A stretch of DNA of 64,000 nucleotides from positions 8,993-72,992 of the forward strand of contig CAJXYM010000007.1 of NCBI GenBank assembly GCA_913063045.1. Reading direction: 5' to 3'. The first letter of the stretch is position 1; each line of letters opens with the position of its first letter. Positions 1 through 10,189 of this stretch are shown piece by piece. The position numbers and the translations under genes are program-made. The stretch comes from an uncultured Flavobacteriales bacterium (GTDB taxonomy: Bacteria > Bacteroidota > Bacteroidia > Flavobacteriales > BACL11). The notes beneath the pieces are model-generated. The model ran no database searches, had not been told where the DNA came from, and saw nothing but the letters and a program-made list of their open reading frames with translations.

Positions 1-44
1 GTTTTAAATAGAAAGTAATCAACTAAGATTTAAGAATTTAAATC

Positions 45-542
45 TTAAAGATTTAATTTTTTCTTAACTTTAGACAGAATGTTCTCAGATTCTTTTGCAA
101 AAAGAACTGTTCCTAGACTTCTATCAAAAATATATGTATATCCTTCTTCTTTTGCAACGTCTTCAATTGCTTTTCTTGCTTTAGCTAAGATTGGTTCAAG
201 TAATTCTTGCTCTTTTGTTTGTAGAGCCTGTTGAGCATTTTGCTGAAAAGATTGTATCCTTTGTTCAAGACCAGTAATTTCTGATATTTTGTCTTGTTTG
301 ACTAAATCATCATAAGAAGCTTCATTTGCTTGATAATCTTGTACACTTTGTTGATATTCGCTTGTCATCGCTTGTAATTGCGATTCTAAACTTTTTGCAA
401 ATGTTTGAACTTCTGCTTCAGCCGTCTTTCTTTCAGGAAGTAGAAGTAATAATTCTTGAGAATCAATATATCCAAGTTTATTTTGAGCATATGAATTAAT
501 ACTTAAAATACATACTAGAGTTAAAAGTGCTATTCTTTTCAT
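45..542 (-). CDS. OmpH/Skp-family periplasmic chaperone
   Basis: 165-aa ORF. Signal peptide MKRIALLTLVCILSINSYAQ, then a Q/E/K-rich coiled-coil body. Last gene of the uppS-bamA-skp-skp string. Confidence 0.75.
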   Translation of the reverse strand: MKRIALLTLVCILSINSYAQNKLGYIDSQELLLLLPERKTAEAEVQTFAKSLESQLQAMTSEYQQSVQDYQANEASYDDLVKQDKISEITGLEQRIQSFQQNAQQALQTKEQELLEPILAKARKAIEDVAKEEGYTYIFDRSLGTVLFAKESENILSKVKKKLNL

Positions 543-567
543 TTTTTATTTTTTTACAATTAATTAA

Positions 568-1077
568 TTAGTATCCTAGAATTTCTAGGATTTTATCGCT
601 TTTATCAAGATTGGGGTTTGAATATAACATGATTAAATCACTTGAGCTATCAAATATTACAGCGTATTTATTGTTACTAGCTAATTGTTGTATAGCGTCA
701 TAAATTTTTTCTTGAATAGGCTGAACTAGTTCTTGTCTCCTTATTGATAATTCTCCGCTAGGAGAGAAATATTTCTTTTGCAATTCTTTAGCCTGTTTTT
801 CTTTGGCCATTATAGCTTCTTCTCTTTTAATCTTCATGTCTTCAGTAAGAAGTAATTGTTCTTTTTGGTAGGTCCGGTACATAATATCAATATCAGAGTA
901 TTTTATTTCAATTTCCTCTTGCCACTTAGACGATAATAAGTCTAATTTATCTTGAGCTTGCTTGAATTCTGGTATTTTATTTAGAATATAGTCTGTATCT
1001 ACATAAGCAAATTTTTGCGCAAAACTACTTGTGCTTAGTACTAATGCCAGAATAAGAAAAGTGAATATTTTTTTCAT
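568..1077 (-). CDS. OmpH/Skp-family periplasmic chaperone (second copy)
   Basis: 169 aa. Signal peptide ending SSFAQ, coiled-coil K/E/Q-rich body. Sits directly downstream of bamA. Confidence 0.75.
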   Translation of the reverse strand: MKKIFTFLILALVLSTSSFAQKFAYVDTDYILNKIPEFKQAQDKLDLLSSKWQEEIEIKYSDIDIMYRTYQKEQLLLTEDMKIKREEAIMAKEKQAKELQKKYFSPSGELSIRRQELVQPIQEKIYDAIQQLASNNKYAVIFDSSSDLIMLYSNPNLDKSDKILEILGY

Positions 1078-1099
1078 AATAATTATTTTACAAATTTAA

Positions 1100-3643
1100 T
1101 TAAAAAGTTTGACCCATTGAAAAGTGAAATTGACCTCCATTAGCATTAGGGTTTCCAATTACATCATCAAGTCCCCATCCATAGTCTAATCCCATCATGC
1201 CAACCATTGGAAGCATGATTCTAATTCCTATTCCTGCTGTTCTTTTTACTATAAACGGATTAAAGTTATCAAAGTTTTCCCAAGCATCTCCAGCCTCAAC
1301 AAAACCGAGCATATACATTGTTGATGATGGATTTAGACTAAGAGCATATCTTAATTCTGCTGTATATTTACTAAAAACAGTTGCTCCAGTTTGAGGCGAT
1401 AAAGAATTATTAGAATATCCTCTTAAAGAGATTAACTCTCTGCCATCGTTCATCATTCCTACTCCACTCATACCATCACCACCTACATAAAACCTTTCAA
1501 AAGGAGTAACTCCTTTATCTTGATTATAGGCTCCTAAAAGACCAAATTGAGTTCTAGTTGCTAAAACTAATTTATCAGTAAAGGCGCTATACCAAACACT
1601 TTTAAAATTAAATTTATAAAACTCCATCCATTTGTATTTTTCTTGTTCTGTTAGAGAAGAATAATCTTCAACATCATCAAATAATGAATATGGAGGTGTA
1701 GCATTTAACGCTAGTGTAAAATGAGAGCCATTCCTTGGGTATGTAGCTTGATCTACAGAATTTCTGTCAATTGTAAAGCTGTAATTAATGTTATTTGAAA
1801 AGCCATCACTAAATGAAAAGAATGTCTGAGAGTTTGTTAGATCATATCTTGATAGCTCAACCCCGTTATATACTCTAAAATAGTCATCGGGTTTTTTAAG
1901 TCTATTTCCTAAATTAACAGATAATCCAGTAATTGATAATTCTTGTTTCTCAGCTCCCGTAAGTCCATTCGTTGACTCTGCCCTATGTAAAGAGATACTA
2001 AGTGATGTTGGTTTTTTTCCGCCTAGCCAGGGCTCAACAAATGAGGCTCTGTAAGTTCTATAATATAACCCATTAGATTGAGCTTGTAAAATTAGCTTTT
2101 GGCCATCACCAGAAGGTAAAGGTTTCCATTTATCTTTTTTAAAGATATTCTTAGATGAGAAGTTATTAAAAGTAAGAGAAAGTTGCCCTATTACCCTTCC
2201 AGCACCCCATCCTCCTGACATAGAAATCTGATCAGAAGATTTTTCTTCTACAACATAAGTTATGTCTACTTCATTTCTAGCTGGTTGAGGTTCAATGTTA
2301 ACATCAAATGATTCTGGATTAAAATACTGCATCATAGCAAGCTCTCTTTGAGACCTCATTATGTCTGATCTCTTAAATAAATCTCCAGGTAATGTCCTTA
2401 ATTCTCTCATTATGACATGATCATTTGTCTTCGTATTACCAATTATAGAAACTTTATTTACTCTTGCCTGCTCACCCTCATAAATTCGTACTTCAATATC
2501 AATTTTATTCTCGTTGATAGATGTCTCTATTGGGTTTGCATTAAAAAACAAATATCCATTATCAAGATATAAGGCACTTATATCCGACCCGTCCTGACTT
2601 CCAAATAGACGAGATTCTAAAACAGTTTGATTAAAAATATCACCATTTTTAATCCCTAGTTGTATTTGGAGATCTTCATTGCTATATACTGTATTTCCAA
2701 TAAAACTAATATCTCCAAATTGATATGGATTTCCTTCATCTAAATTAATTTCTACTGAAATTGTATTGTCATTATTTGGAAAAGTTGTGTCACTTAATAT
2801 TCTCGCATCTCTAAATCCTTTCTCATTATATTTTTTGATAATATTTAACTTATCTTCCTCATAATTAGATTTAATAAATTTAGAGGATTTGAAAAATCTC
2901 CATTTGTTTTTCACCTTAGTTTCCTTCATGCTTTTTCTAAGTTTAGCATTACTTATCGCATAAATTGTGTCTTTTCTTTTAAAGAAGTTTTTTTCATTAT
3001 TTACTAGCTGTTTTCTTCCAGAAACAATAATATCTTTAATCTTGATTTTATTTCCTTTTTTAATATCAAAAATTAACATTGATGCATTCTTAGCTAGAGA
3101 GTCTTTAATTACTATTGATTTTACTGAGTTATTAAGGAACCCTTTATTTGTGTAAAACTCTTTGATTGTATTTGTACTATTAATAATTAAATTTTGAGTG
3201 AGGATTTTTCCTCTAATCAACTGTAGGTCTTCTTTTAAACTTGATATGTCTGCCTTAGTAATTTTACCTTTAAATTTAAATTTCGAAAGTCTAGGATATT
3301 CTTTGAGAATGATTTCAAGTTTCACACTTTCCTTATAAATAGAGTCAATTTTAATATTAATATCTTCGAATAAACCTTGTTTCCATAGTTTATTAATTGC
3401 CGAGCTAATTTGATCTCCTGGAATAGTTATTTTTTGTTTTTTCTTTAGACCAGACATATTTATTAAAACAGATTCGCTAAGAAAGTTAACTCCAGTAATT
3501 TTTATATCTTCTAATGTGTATTCTTTTGGTTGTGCATAGTCAATTACTTCAGAGATTTTAATTGTATCCTGACTAATAGCATAAAAACTCGTGAGAGCTG
3601 TGAAACAAAAGAAAGAGATTGTTTTTAGTATTGTTTTATTCAT
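1100..3643 (-). CDS. bamA: Outer membrane protein assembly factor BamA (Omp85 family)
   Basis: Long ORF with repeated POTRA-like segments and a C-terminal beta-barrel ending FHFSMGQTF. I place the start at ATG 3643 (MNKTILKTISFF..., signal peptide) rather than the upstream codon at 3667. It overlaps the uppS stop by 8 nt. Confidence 0.9.
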   Translation of the reverse strand: MNKTILKTISFFCFTALTSFYAISQDTIKISEVIDYAQPKEYTLEDIKITGVNFLSESVLINMSGLKKKQKITIPGDQISSAINKLWKQGLFEDINIKIDSIYKESVKLEIILKEYPRLSKFKFKGKITKADISSLKEDLQLIRGKILTQNLIINSTNTIKEFYTNKGFLNNSVKSIVIKDSLAKNASMLIFDIKKGNKIKIKDIIVSGRKQLVNNEKNFFKRKDTIYAISNAKLRKSMKETKVKNKWRFFKSSKFIKSNYEEDKLNIIKKYNEKGFRDARILSDTTFPNNDNTISVEINLDEGNPYQFGDISFIGNTVYSNEDLQIQLGIKNGDIFNQTVLESRLFGSQDGSDISALYLDNGYLFFNANPIETSINENKIDIEVRIYEGEQARVNKVSIIGNTKTNDHVIMRELRTLPGDLFKRSDIMRSQRELAMMQYFNPESFDVNIEPQPARNEVDITYVVEEKSSDQISMSGGWGAGRVIGQLSLTFNNFSSKNIFKKDKWKPLPSGDGQKLILQAQSNGLYYRTYRASFVEPWLGGKKPTSLSISLHRAESTNGLTGAEKQELSITGLSVNLGNRLKKPDDYFRVYNGVELSRYDLTNSQTFFSFSDGFSNNINYSFTIDRNSVDQATYPRNGSHFTLALNATPPYSLFDDVEDYSSLTEQEKYKWMEFYKFNFKSVWYSAFTDKLVLATRTQFGLLGAYNQDKGVTPFERFYVGGDGMSGVGMMNDGRELISLRGYSNNSLSPQTGATVFSKYTAELRYALSLNPSSTMYMLGFVEAGDAWENFDNFNPFIVKRTAGIGIRIMLPMVGMMGLDYGWGLDDVIGNPNANGGQFHFSMGQTF

Positions 3644-4361
3644 ATTTATTATTAGCTGTTCTTCCAAATCTTCTATCTCTTTTTTGGTAATTTATTATTG
3701 CTTCCTTTAAATCGGTCCTTCTAAAGTCTGGCCACATTTTATCTGTGAAATATAATTCAGAATAAGCTATTTGCCATAGCATGAAGTTACTTATCCTATG
3801 CTCACCACTTGTGCGAATAAGTAACTCCGGTTCAGGAACGTTTTTTGTTGATAGATATTGCTCGAAAATATTTTCTGTTATACTCTCAGCATCTATTTTG
3901 TTTTTAATTATTTCTTTAACAGCATTTATTATCTCCCACTTCCCGCTGTAGCTTAATGCAAGAGTTAGGGTCATTCGTTTGTTGTTTTTTGTAATTTCGA
4001 TAGCTTCAGATAGCTCTTTTTGGCACTTTTCAGGAAGTTTACTTATATCACCTATGGAAGTTAGTTTTACATTATTTTCCATTAATGTTTTTGTTTCTTT
4101 ATTTATGGTTGAGATTAAAAGAGTCATAAGTGCGTTAACTTCTTGTCTGGGCCTATTCCAATTTTCTGTTGAAAATGCAAAAAGAGTTAGAAACTTAATT
4201 CCATATTCTACTGCACCTTCAACCGTGTCTTTTACAGCTTTTACACCATGATTATGCCCAAAAACACGCATTTTGCCCTTTTCTTTAGCCCATCTTCCAT
4301 TACCATCCATTGTAATAGCAATATGCTTTGGGAGATTTTCTTTATCAATTAACTGTGTCAT
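3636..4361 (-). CDS. uppS: Undecaprenyl-diphosphate synthase (cis-prenyltransferase)
   Basis: Motifs HIAITMDGNGRWA and RTSGEHRISNFMLWQIAYSELYF. I place the start at ATG 4361 (MTQLIDKEN...), because the track start at 4391 is a GTG that overlaps the upstream gene. Confidence 0.92.
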   Translation of the reverse strand: MTQLIDKENLPKHIAITMDGNGRWAKEKGKMRVFGHNHGVKAVKDTVEGAVEYGIKFLTLFAFSTENWNRPRQEVNALMTLLISTINKETKTLMENNVKLTSIGDISKLPEKCQKELSEAIEITKNNKRMTLTLALSYSGKWEIINAVKEIIKNKIDAESITENIFEQYLSTKNVPEPELLIRTSGEHRISNFMLWQIAYSELYFTDKMWPDFRRTDLKEAIINYQKRDRRFGRTANNKYE

Positions 4362-4380
4362 TAGTGTGTTTGTGTTTTGC

Positions 4381-5211
4381 TTAATAATCACAGCCCTTAG
4401 ATAGCCCAGGTAGTTTGAAAGAAAATGTTATTGCAGTAAAAGAGTACCAATCATTTTTAAGTTCTTCATCACCTCTTTGTTCATCTTTATCATGAGAATT
4501 AGTAGGGTCAGACATTTCAGATGCTAAATTTGTAAATTCTGTCGGATTTCCTGGATATGTAAGGCTCACATCATCCAAGTAATCAGTAAATGTTTTATTC
4601 ATGCTAAAAGAAAATAATATATTGAAACTTTCACTTAATGACAACTTTAGGCCTCCTCCCATTGGAATTGACCATTGTGTTCTAGAATACTCTTTTCTCT
4701 GAGGATATGCAGTTGTTCCTTGCCCTTCAGTGCCTAATGGCTGTAGTTCTACCCATTCCCCATTAGAGTTTTCTGCTAAAGGGTTAAAATTAAAAATTGT
4801 AATTCCAGTAAAAAGGAATGGCGACCATTTATGCGCAGGGTTACCAATTTCATATTCTAGAAAATTGAATTCTATTTGGCCTGAAAGTTCTTGTAGGTTT
4901 GATTTGTAATGTAATCCTCTGTCTAAATTTATTGCATCAGAAGATATTCTGTCATCCGCACTAATGCTAGATATTTTGAGTTCTGCCTTAAGAGAAAATC
5001 TTCTATCAAGGTTTCTTTTAGCGCTAATAGAGATTGCTGGCTTTGCTGAGTTGAAATGACTTGAATTTAAATCACCAATATAGTAGGATACCCCTCCACT
5101 GAAACCTATTTCAGTACTTGGTTTAAACGTTTGAGCAGAAATGTTTAGACAAAAAAACAATACAGTTAAAGTTGAATATAATTTTAAATTGTATTTGTTA
5201 ATATTAGTCAT
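4381..5211 (-). CDS. Outer-membrane beta-barrel protein, DUF6089-like
   Basis: Signal peptide ending NISAQ. Alternating hydrophobic beta-strand pattern, with a GGVSYYIGDLN segment as I remember for DUF6089. Start at ATG 5211; the track start at 5235 is TTG. Confidence 0.5.
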   Translation of the reverse strand: MTNINKYNLKLYSTLTVLFFCLNISAQTFKPSTEIGFSGGVSYYIGDLNSSHFNSAKPAISISAKRNLDRRFSLKAELKISSISADDRISSDAINLDRGLHYKSNLQELSGQIEFNFLEYEIGNPAHKWSPFLFTGITIFNFNPLAENSNGEWVELQPLGTEGQGTTAYPQRKEYSRTQWSIPMGGGLKLSLSESFNILFSFSMNKTFTDYLDDVSLTYPGNPTEFTNLASEMSDPTNSHDKDEQRGDEELKNDWYSFTAITFSFKLPGLSKGCDY

Positions 5212-5271
5212 ATAATTTTTTATTACTAGTTGCAAATATACTTTTTAATGAGGATTTTAAAAAATATACAA

Positions 5272-6153
5272 TTAATTTCTTTTATCAATTCCCCACATTA
5301 GTTTATGTCTAATTGTTGAAATAAAAGAGTTGCCTTGAGGCTCTATTAAATTTATTGTGAATTTTGCTTTTTTTATAACCAGCTCAACAGATGAGTCAAA
5401 GGCTCGTGAGCATGAGTCTAATGAAACTAGAGCAAGTTTATCTCTATCTTCGACTTTTAATTTGATTACGCTATTATTGTCAATAACAATAGGGCGTACA
5501 TTTAGATTATGTTGAGCAATAGGAGTGATTACAAAATTATTTGTACCAGGAATAATTATTGGTCCTCCACAACTTAAAGAATATCCTGTTGACCCAGTTG
5601 GAGTTGCAACTACTAGCCCGTCTGCCCAGTAGGTGTTTAAAAACTCATCATTTACATATGCATCAATCTTGATCATTGATGATGTGTCTTTTTTTACAAT
5701 TGCAACTTCATTGAGAGCAAAGTTTTTATTTTGAAAAAGATTATTATCTGTATGAAGTTCTAATAAATTTCTCTTATTTATTTTGTAATTGTTATTAATT
5801 AAATCATTTATTGCTTCATCAATTTGGTCAGGAGGAATACTTGAAATAAAACCTAATCTTCCAGTATTAATTCCCATAATTGGAACATTTGTTTTTTTTA
5901 TAAATGTAATTGCTTTTAGAAGTGTTCCATCTCCTCCTATGCTAAATAAAATATCAACTTTTTTATCTTTAAGATCTACACTATCTTTAAATGTTTCTAC
6001 ATCAAATTTAAATCTTAAACGTCCTTTCAAAAAAGTATAAAAAGAATCCTCAATTACAATGTCAATTTTTTCAGCTTCTAGTTTTTTTATTAAGTGCTGA
6101 ATATATTTGTCAAAATGCTCAGAAAAAACTGTTCCAAATAGGGCTATTTTCAT
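5272..6153 (-). CDS. nadK: NAD kinase
   Basis: Motifs IGGDGTLLKA, GINTGRLGFIS and ATPTGSTGYSLSCGGPI, all typical of NAD kinases. Confidence 0.9.
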   Translation of the reverse strand: MKIALFGTVFSEHFDKYIQHLIKKLEAEKIDIVIEDSFYTFLKGRLRFKFDVETFKDSVDLKDKKVDILFSIGGDGTLLKAITFIKKTNVPIMGINTGRLGFISSIPPDQIDEAINDLINNNYKINKRNLLELHTDNNLFQNKNFALNEVAIVKKDTSSMIKIDAYVNDEFLNTYWADGLVVATPTGSTGYSLSCGGPIIIPGTNNFVITPIAQHNLNVRPIVIDNNSVIKLKVEDRDKLALVSLDSCSRAFDSSVELVIKKAKFTINLIEPQGNSFISTIRHKLMWGIDKRN

Positions 6154-6156
6154 GGT

Positions 6157-7665
6157 TTATTTGTTTGTTCCAAAAGGATTTGAAAAATGTAAAAATACTC
6201 CTTTTTCTCCTAACTTATTAATTGTGAATTCTAAACGTATCATTTTATTATAATATGTGACATAATCAAGACTTAATCCTTTTCCCCATAACATTGAATT
6301 AGATAGAGAGTTTTCGTTATAATGCCTCATATCGTTTGCATATCCTAAATCTGAAAATAATGAAATGTAAAAAGCATAATGAGCTTTCTTAAATTGATCT
6401 GTTTTAAAATATGGTACAATAAAATTCTTTGGTTGGACTAAACAATATTTAATTGAGCTTTTGGAAAGCCAAAAATCTTTACCATCAACTACATAAAGCT
6501 CATACCCTCTTACATAATCTTCAAAGCCAAAAGTCTGTTGAGCAAAATACGTCTGATTATTGTTGAAAGTTTTTCTTGAACGAAAGCTTGAACCTATTGA
6601 AAACCTAGTACCAAAAAATTTATGGCCTTCTATGTGACTATTAAATTCGATATGTTTGACGGGACTTAATATTTTAAGATTTTTTGCTAGCTGAATATTT
6701 AAATAAGTCCCCCTTAATGGATAATTAGCATTATCTCTGTTCTCAAATAAATAATTATAACTAAATTTAAGATAGCTTCCAGATGATTTATTATTATTTA
6801 AATAGTATGGATTAAGAATGGTAATTTGACTATCAATTATTGACGCAAAAAATTCAGCACCAAAATTGTGTGTTGATTTTATTCCTTTTCTGTAGCTTAT
6901 TTCTAAGTTAAAATTGAAATCTCTTGAAGTGAAATCATCTTTGTTTTCTAAATATTGTAATTCATTGTTAATTGTTTGGTAATGGGTTTTTTTTCTCCTA
7001 AATAATTGAATCTCTGAGTTTAATCCAATAGATTGATTTTTTTTAAAAAAGGGTATTTTGTAATTCAATAAATAATGTTCTTTAAACCCCTGCCGATATT
7101 TTAAAATAATTAATTCATTTCTGCCGCGAAAATTTTCAATATTTAAAAATAATCCGTAGTTAACTCTGGATAAATCTTTATAATTACTGGACTTGAAATC
7201 TTGCCACCATGAATTAAAGTTTCTTTCTGAAATTTCAAATATAGGATAAGGCCAAATATACCAGCGCTCGACGATATTGATCTTTATAAAAAGATCTTTC
7301 TGCTCATTAATATCGTATGATATTTCTATGAAATTAAACAGATTAAGATTTGTTAAATTATTTGTGCTTTTAGTAATTTCTTTTTCTAAATTTTTTAAAT
7401 CAATATTTTGTTTTGTATTAAAACTTAATTCTCTTAAAATGATTTCATTTTTTGTTTTTTTATTTCCTGTAATTATAATTTCTTTGATGTACAGAAATAA
7501 TGACTCCGACTTTAAACTATCATTTTTTGATATTAATGTTATATCTTTATTAACACTATTTTGATTTTTACAAAATGCATTATTTGCTGACAGGAGAATA
7601 CAAATGATAATGATTAAATAATTGTTGTTCTTTAAAAAAGAAAATAAAAGATTGGATAAATTCAC
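6157..7665 (-). CDS. POTRA-domain BamA/TamA-family outer membrane protein
   Basis: 502 aa. Signal peptide, one POTRA-like segment (IKEIIITGNKKTKNEIILRELSF...), then a long aromatic/glycine-rich beta-barrel region. GTG start at 7665. Confidence 0.55.
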   Translation of the reverse strand: MNLSNLLFSFLKNNNYLIIIICILLSANNAFCKNQNSVNKDITLISKNDSLKSESLFLYIKEIIITGNKKTKNEIILRELSFNTKQNIDLKNLEKEITKSTNNLTNLNLFNFIEISYDINEQKDLFIKINIVERWYIWPYPIFEISERNFNSWWQDFKSSNYKDLSRVNYGLFLNIENFRGRNELIILKYRQGFKEHYLLNYKIPFFKKNQSIGLNSEIQLFRRKKTHYQTINNELQYLENKDDFTSRDFNFNLEISYRKGIKSTHNFGAEFFASIIDSQITILNPYYLNNNKSSGSYLKFSYNYLFENRDNANYPLRGTYLNIQLAKNLKILSPVKHIEFNSHIEGHKFFGTRFSIGSSFRSRKTFNNNQTYFAQQTFGFEDYVRGYELYVVDGKDFWLSKSSIKYCLVQPKNFIVPYFKTDQFKKAHYAFYISLFSDLGYANDMRHYNENSLSNSMLWGKGLSLDYVTYYNKMIRLEFTINKLGEKGVFLHFSNPFGTNK

Positions 7666-7709
7666 GAAAATTAAATTGATTTCAAATGTATAACAAAGAT
7701 AGTATTTTT

Positions 7710-7717
7710 TAATTTTG
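7710..7717 (+). promoter_or_regulatory. Bacteroidota -7 promoter box (TAATTTTG)
   Basis: Exact match to TAnnTTTG, 13 nt upstream of the pdxJ ATG, in a 65-bp divergent intergenic region. Confidence 0.35.
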
Positions 7718-7730
7718 TTAAAAAATAAAA

Positions 7731-8441
7731 ATGACTCATCTAAGCGTAAATATTAATAAGATAGCTACTATTAGAAATGCACGAGGAGGTAATATCCCTA
7801 ATCTTTTAGATGCTGCCAAAAGATGTCAAGATTTTGGAGCTGATGGAATAACTGTTCATCCTCGTCCGGATCAACGTCATATTACTAAAAAAGATGCCTA
7901 TGCTTTAAGAAGCGTAGTGAATAAGGAGTACAATATCGAAGGATACCCATCTCAAGAGTTTATTGATATGGTTTGCGAGATTTTACCTGATCAAGTTACG
8001 CTAGTTCCAGATCCTCCCGAAGTATTAACTTCAAATGAAGGCTGGGATACTATCAAAAATTCTAGTCATTTGTCTGATGTTATTTCGGAGTTAAAAAAGC
8101 ATGATTTAAGAGTCTCTGTTTTTGTTAATCCTAATTCTTCTATTATTGAGGGTGCTAAATTCTGTGGTGCTGATAGAATTGAACTGTATACAGAAGCATA
8201 TTGTCAGGGATATGTAAAAGATAGAGTAAGCGCTATTCAGCCATATTTGAATTCAGCAATACTTGCTCAAGAACTAGAATTAGGAGTAAATGCAGGGCAT
8301 GATTTAAATATGCAAAATTTAGAGTTTTTTGTAAACCAAATTAAAAATATTTCAGAGGTTTCTATTGGACATGCTTTAATTTCTGACGCTCTTTATTTAG
8401 GTTTAGAAAATACTATTCAAATGTATAAACGACTTTTGTAA
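7731..8441 (+). CDS. pdxJ: Pyridoxine 5'-phosphate synthase
   Basis: N-terminus LSVNINKIATIRNARGG, plus HPRPDQRHI and GHDLN motifs. Length of 236 aa is typical. Confidence 0.92.
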   Translation: MTHLSVNINKIATIRNARGGNIPNLLDAAKRCQDFGADGITVHPRPDQRHITKKDAYALRSVVNKEYNIEGYPSQEFIDMVCEILPDQVTLVPDPPEVLTSNEGWDTIKNSSHLSDVISELKKHDLRVSVFVNPNSSIIEGAKFCGADRIELYTEAYCQGYVKDRVSAIQPYLNSAILAQELELGVNAGHDLNMQNLEFFVNQIKNISEVSIGHALISDALYLGLENTIQMYKRLL

Positions 8442-9212
8442 ATGAAACTATTTTCTAAAATACATGGTGATAAAGGTCAGGATTTAATTGTGATTCATGG
8501 ACTCTTTGGAATGAGTGATAATTGGAATTCACTTGGTAGAAAATTTGCAAAATATTGCAGAGTACATTTAATAGATTTGCGAAATCACGGAAGATCACCT
8601 CATTCGACAGATTTTAATTATGATGTGATGTGTGAGGATCTCTTAGAATATATACTAGCTCATGATATTAAAAAACCAATATTACTAGGACATTCTTTAG
8701 GCGGAAAAGTAGCAATGAAATTTGCCTTTTCATATGCTGATAAGATTGATAAATTAATTATAGCAGATATATCTCCAAGAGAATATAATAGTGATTTTCA
8801 TAAAAATCTTTTAGCAACTTTATATAAACTTCCTTTGGAAGATTTTAATAAGAGAGAAGAAGTTGATACAGTGCTTTCAACTACATTTGAGGATAAAGGT
8901 ATGCGCTTGTTTCTTTTAAAAAATCTATATAGAAACGTAAATAAAGATTTTGCATGGCGTTTTAATATTGAAGTTCTTTTGGAGAAAGTAAATAATATAC
9001 AAGGAGCTGATTATGTAAAAGGAATTTGTGATGTGCCAACTCATTTTGTTAAGGGAGGAGCCTCAAATTATATAACAACAGAAGACGAAATCATTATAAA
9101 TAAACACTTTTCTGACTTTAGTATTGCAACTATTGAAGGGGCTGGTCACTGGTTGCACGCTGAAAAACCTGAAATATTCTATAATGAGGTGATGGGTTTT
9201 TGTTTGATGTAA
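8442..9212 (+). CDS. Alpha/beta-fold hydrolase (esterase-like)
   Basis: HG oxyanion region VIHGLFG, nucleophile elbow GHSLGG, C-terminal GAGHWLHAE histidine region. The start abuts the pdxJ stop. Confidence 0.8.
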   Translation: MKLFSKIHGDKGQDLIVIHGLFGMSDNWNSLGRKFAKYCRVHLIDLRNHGRSPHSTDFNYDVMCEDLLEYILAHDIKKPILLGHSLGGKVAMKFAFSYADKIDKLIIADISPREYNSDFHKNLLATLYKLPLEDFNKREEVDTVLSTTFEDKGMRLFLLKNLYRNVNKDFAWRFNIEVLLEKVNNIQGADYVKGICDVPTHFVKGGASNYITTEDEIIINKHFSDFSIATIEGAGHWLHAEKPEIFYNEVMGFCLM

Positions 9213-9265
9213 TTTTTTATAAAAGTTAGATAATTAATATTAAGCGGTAATTTTCTTTTATAATT

Positions 9266-10189
9266 CTAGAATTTAATTATCTGTCCTTCTTTGGCTAAAT
9301 TAAATCCTTTTTTTAAAACTTCTTTTTGGGCATTATTACCTTCTTGTAGTAAAGGATTGGTATGGTTAAAGTGAATAAAATGAATCTTTTCTTTATCGTT
9401 TTCAGAAAGCTTTGAAAATAGCCTCATACTCTCTTCAACAAAAGGATGTGGAATTTCACTCATATCTCTTTTTAGCTCTCCATTTTTATAAAATGTAGCA
9501 TCTAAAAAAGCGTAATTCACTTTTTTAATAAGTTCTGTTATACTTATTTCCCATGTTTCCCATTTGTCTATATCTGGAATAAATATTAATGATTTATTAT
9601 TTATAATAATTTCATATCCTACGGTTTCTGAAAATTCATCTCTATGTGGCACTAAAAATGGTTTGATTTTTATTCTTTTATTTAAGTTAAAAGTAGAATC
9701 TGATTTAATCGCTTTGAGATCGATATTTTCTAATTTTACCAATTGACTCCACGGTCCGTTTTTCTCTAAGAAATTTTTCATTTTTGGCATTGTATAAACT
9801 GACATATTATTAGTTCCCATTACTTCCTTGCCAAAATGAATTAAGCCAGTATAATGCCCCATGTGTGCATGAGTTAATAAAACACCATCTAATTTTTCAG
9901 TTCCTGTTTTTTGCTTAAGGAGTTGTAATTGCTCTTTTATATTTGGAGTTGCATCAATAATCCATTGCTCATTACTTAGAGGGTCTATAATTGCTAGGCA
10001 AGAAGTGGTTTTTTGTAATTCAGGGTTCTCCCAAGCTTCTTCACAGCATTTTTTTTCACAATTCATTTGTGGGTATCCAGCATCTTGAGCAACTCCTAAA
10101 ACCATTACGTAAGGAGCTGTCTGAGTTTGATCCTTTGACTGATTGCAAGCAAAAGAAAATATAATAATTAAATAAATTAAAATTTTCAT
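9266..10189 (-). CDS. PqqB-like metallo-beta-lactamase-fold lipoprotein
   Basis: Lipobox FSFAC. N-terminal VLGVAQDAGYPQMNCEKKCC resembles the PqqB GSAAGGGFPQWNC region. MBL motif THAHMGHYTG. ATGA overlap with the upstream GNAT gene. Confidence 0.6.
   Translation of the reverse strand: MKILIYLIIIFSFACNQSKDQTQTAPYVMVLGVAQDAGYPQMNCEKKCCEEAWENPELQKTTSCLAIIDPLSNEQWIIDATPNIKEQLQLLKQKTGTEKLDGVLLTHAHMGHYTGLIHFGKEVMGTNNMSVYTMPKMKNFLEKNGPWSQLVKLENIDLKAIKSDSTFNLNKRIKIKPFLVPHRDEFSETVGYEIIINNKSLIFIPDIDKWETWEISITELIKKVNYAFLDATFYKNGELKRDMSEIPHPFVEESMRLFSKLSENDKEKIHFIHFNHTNPLLQEGNNAQKEVLKKGFNLAKEGQIIKF

Noticed and set aside
24-47. 10-bp AT-only inverted repeat (taagatttaa / ttaaatctta) overlapping the stop codon of the last skp gene
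   Set aside because: The stem is AT-only with no following T-run on the transcribed (minus) strand. It is weak as a terminator and lies close to the window edge.
3644-3667. N-terminal extensions given by the ORF track (bamA to 3667, uppS to 4391, DUF6089-like to 5235, T9SS cargo to 32393, helicase to 62555, sulfotransferase 2 from 46097)
   Set aside because: The extensions begin at GTG or TTG codons (bamA and sulfotransferase 2 not checked) that overlap the upstream gene or fall inside the predicted -7 box. Downstream ATG codons give proper signal peptides or paralogue-consistent N-termini.
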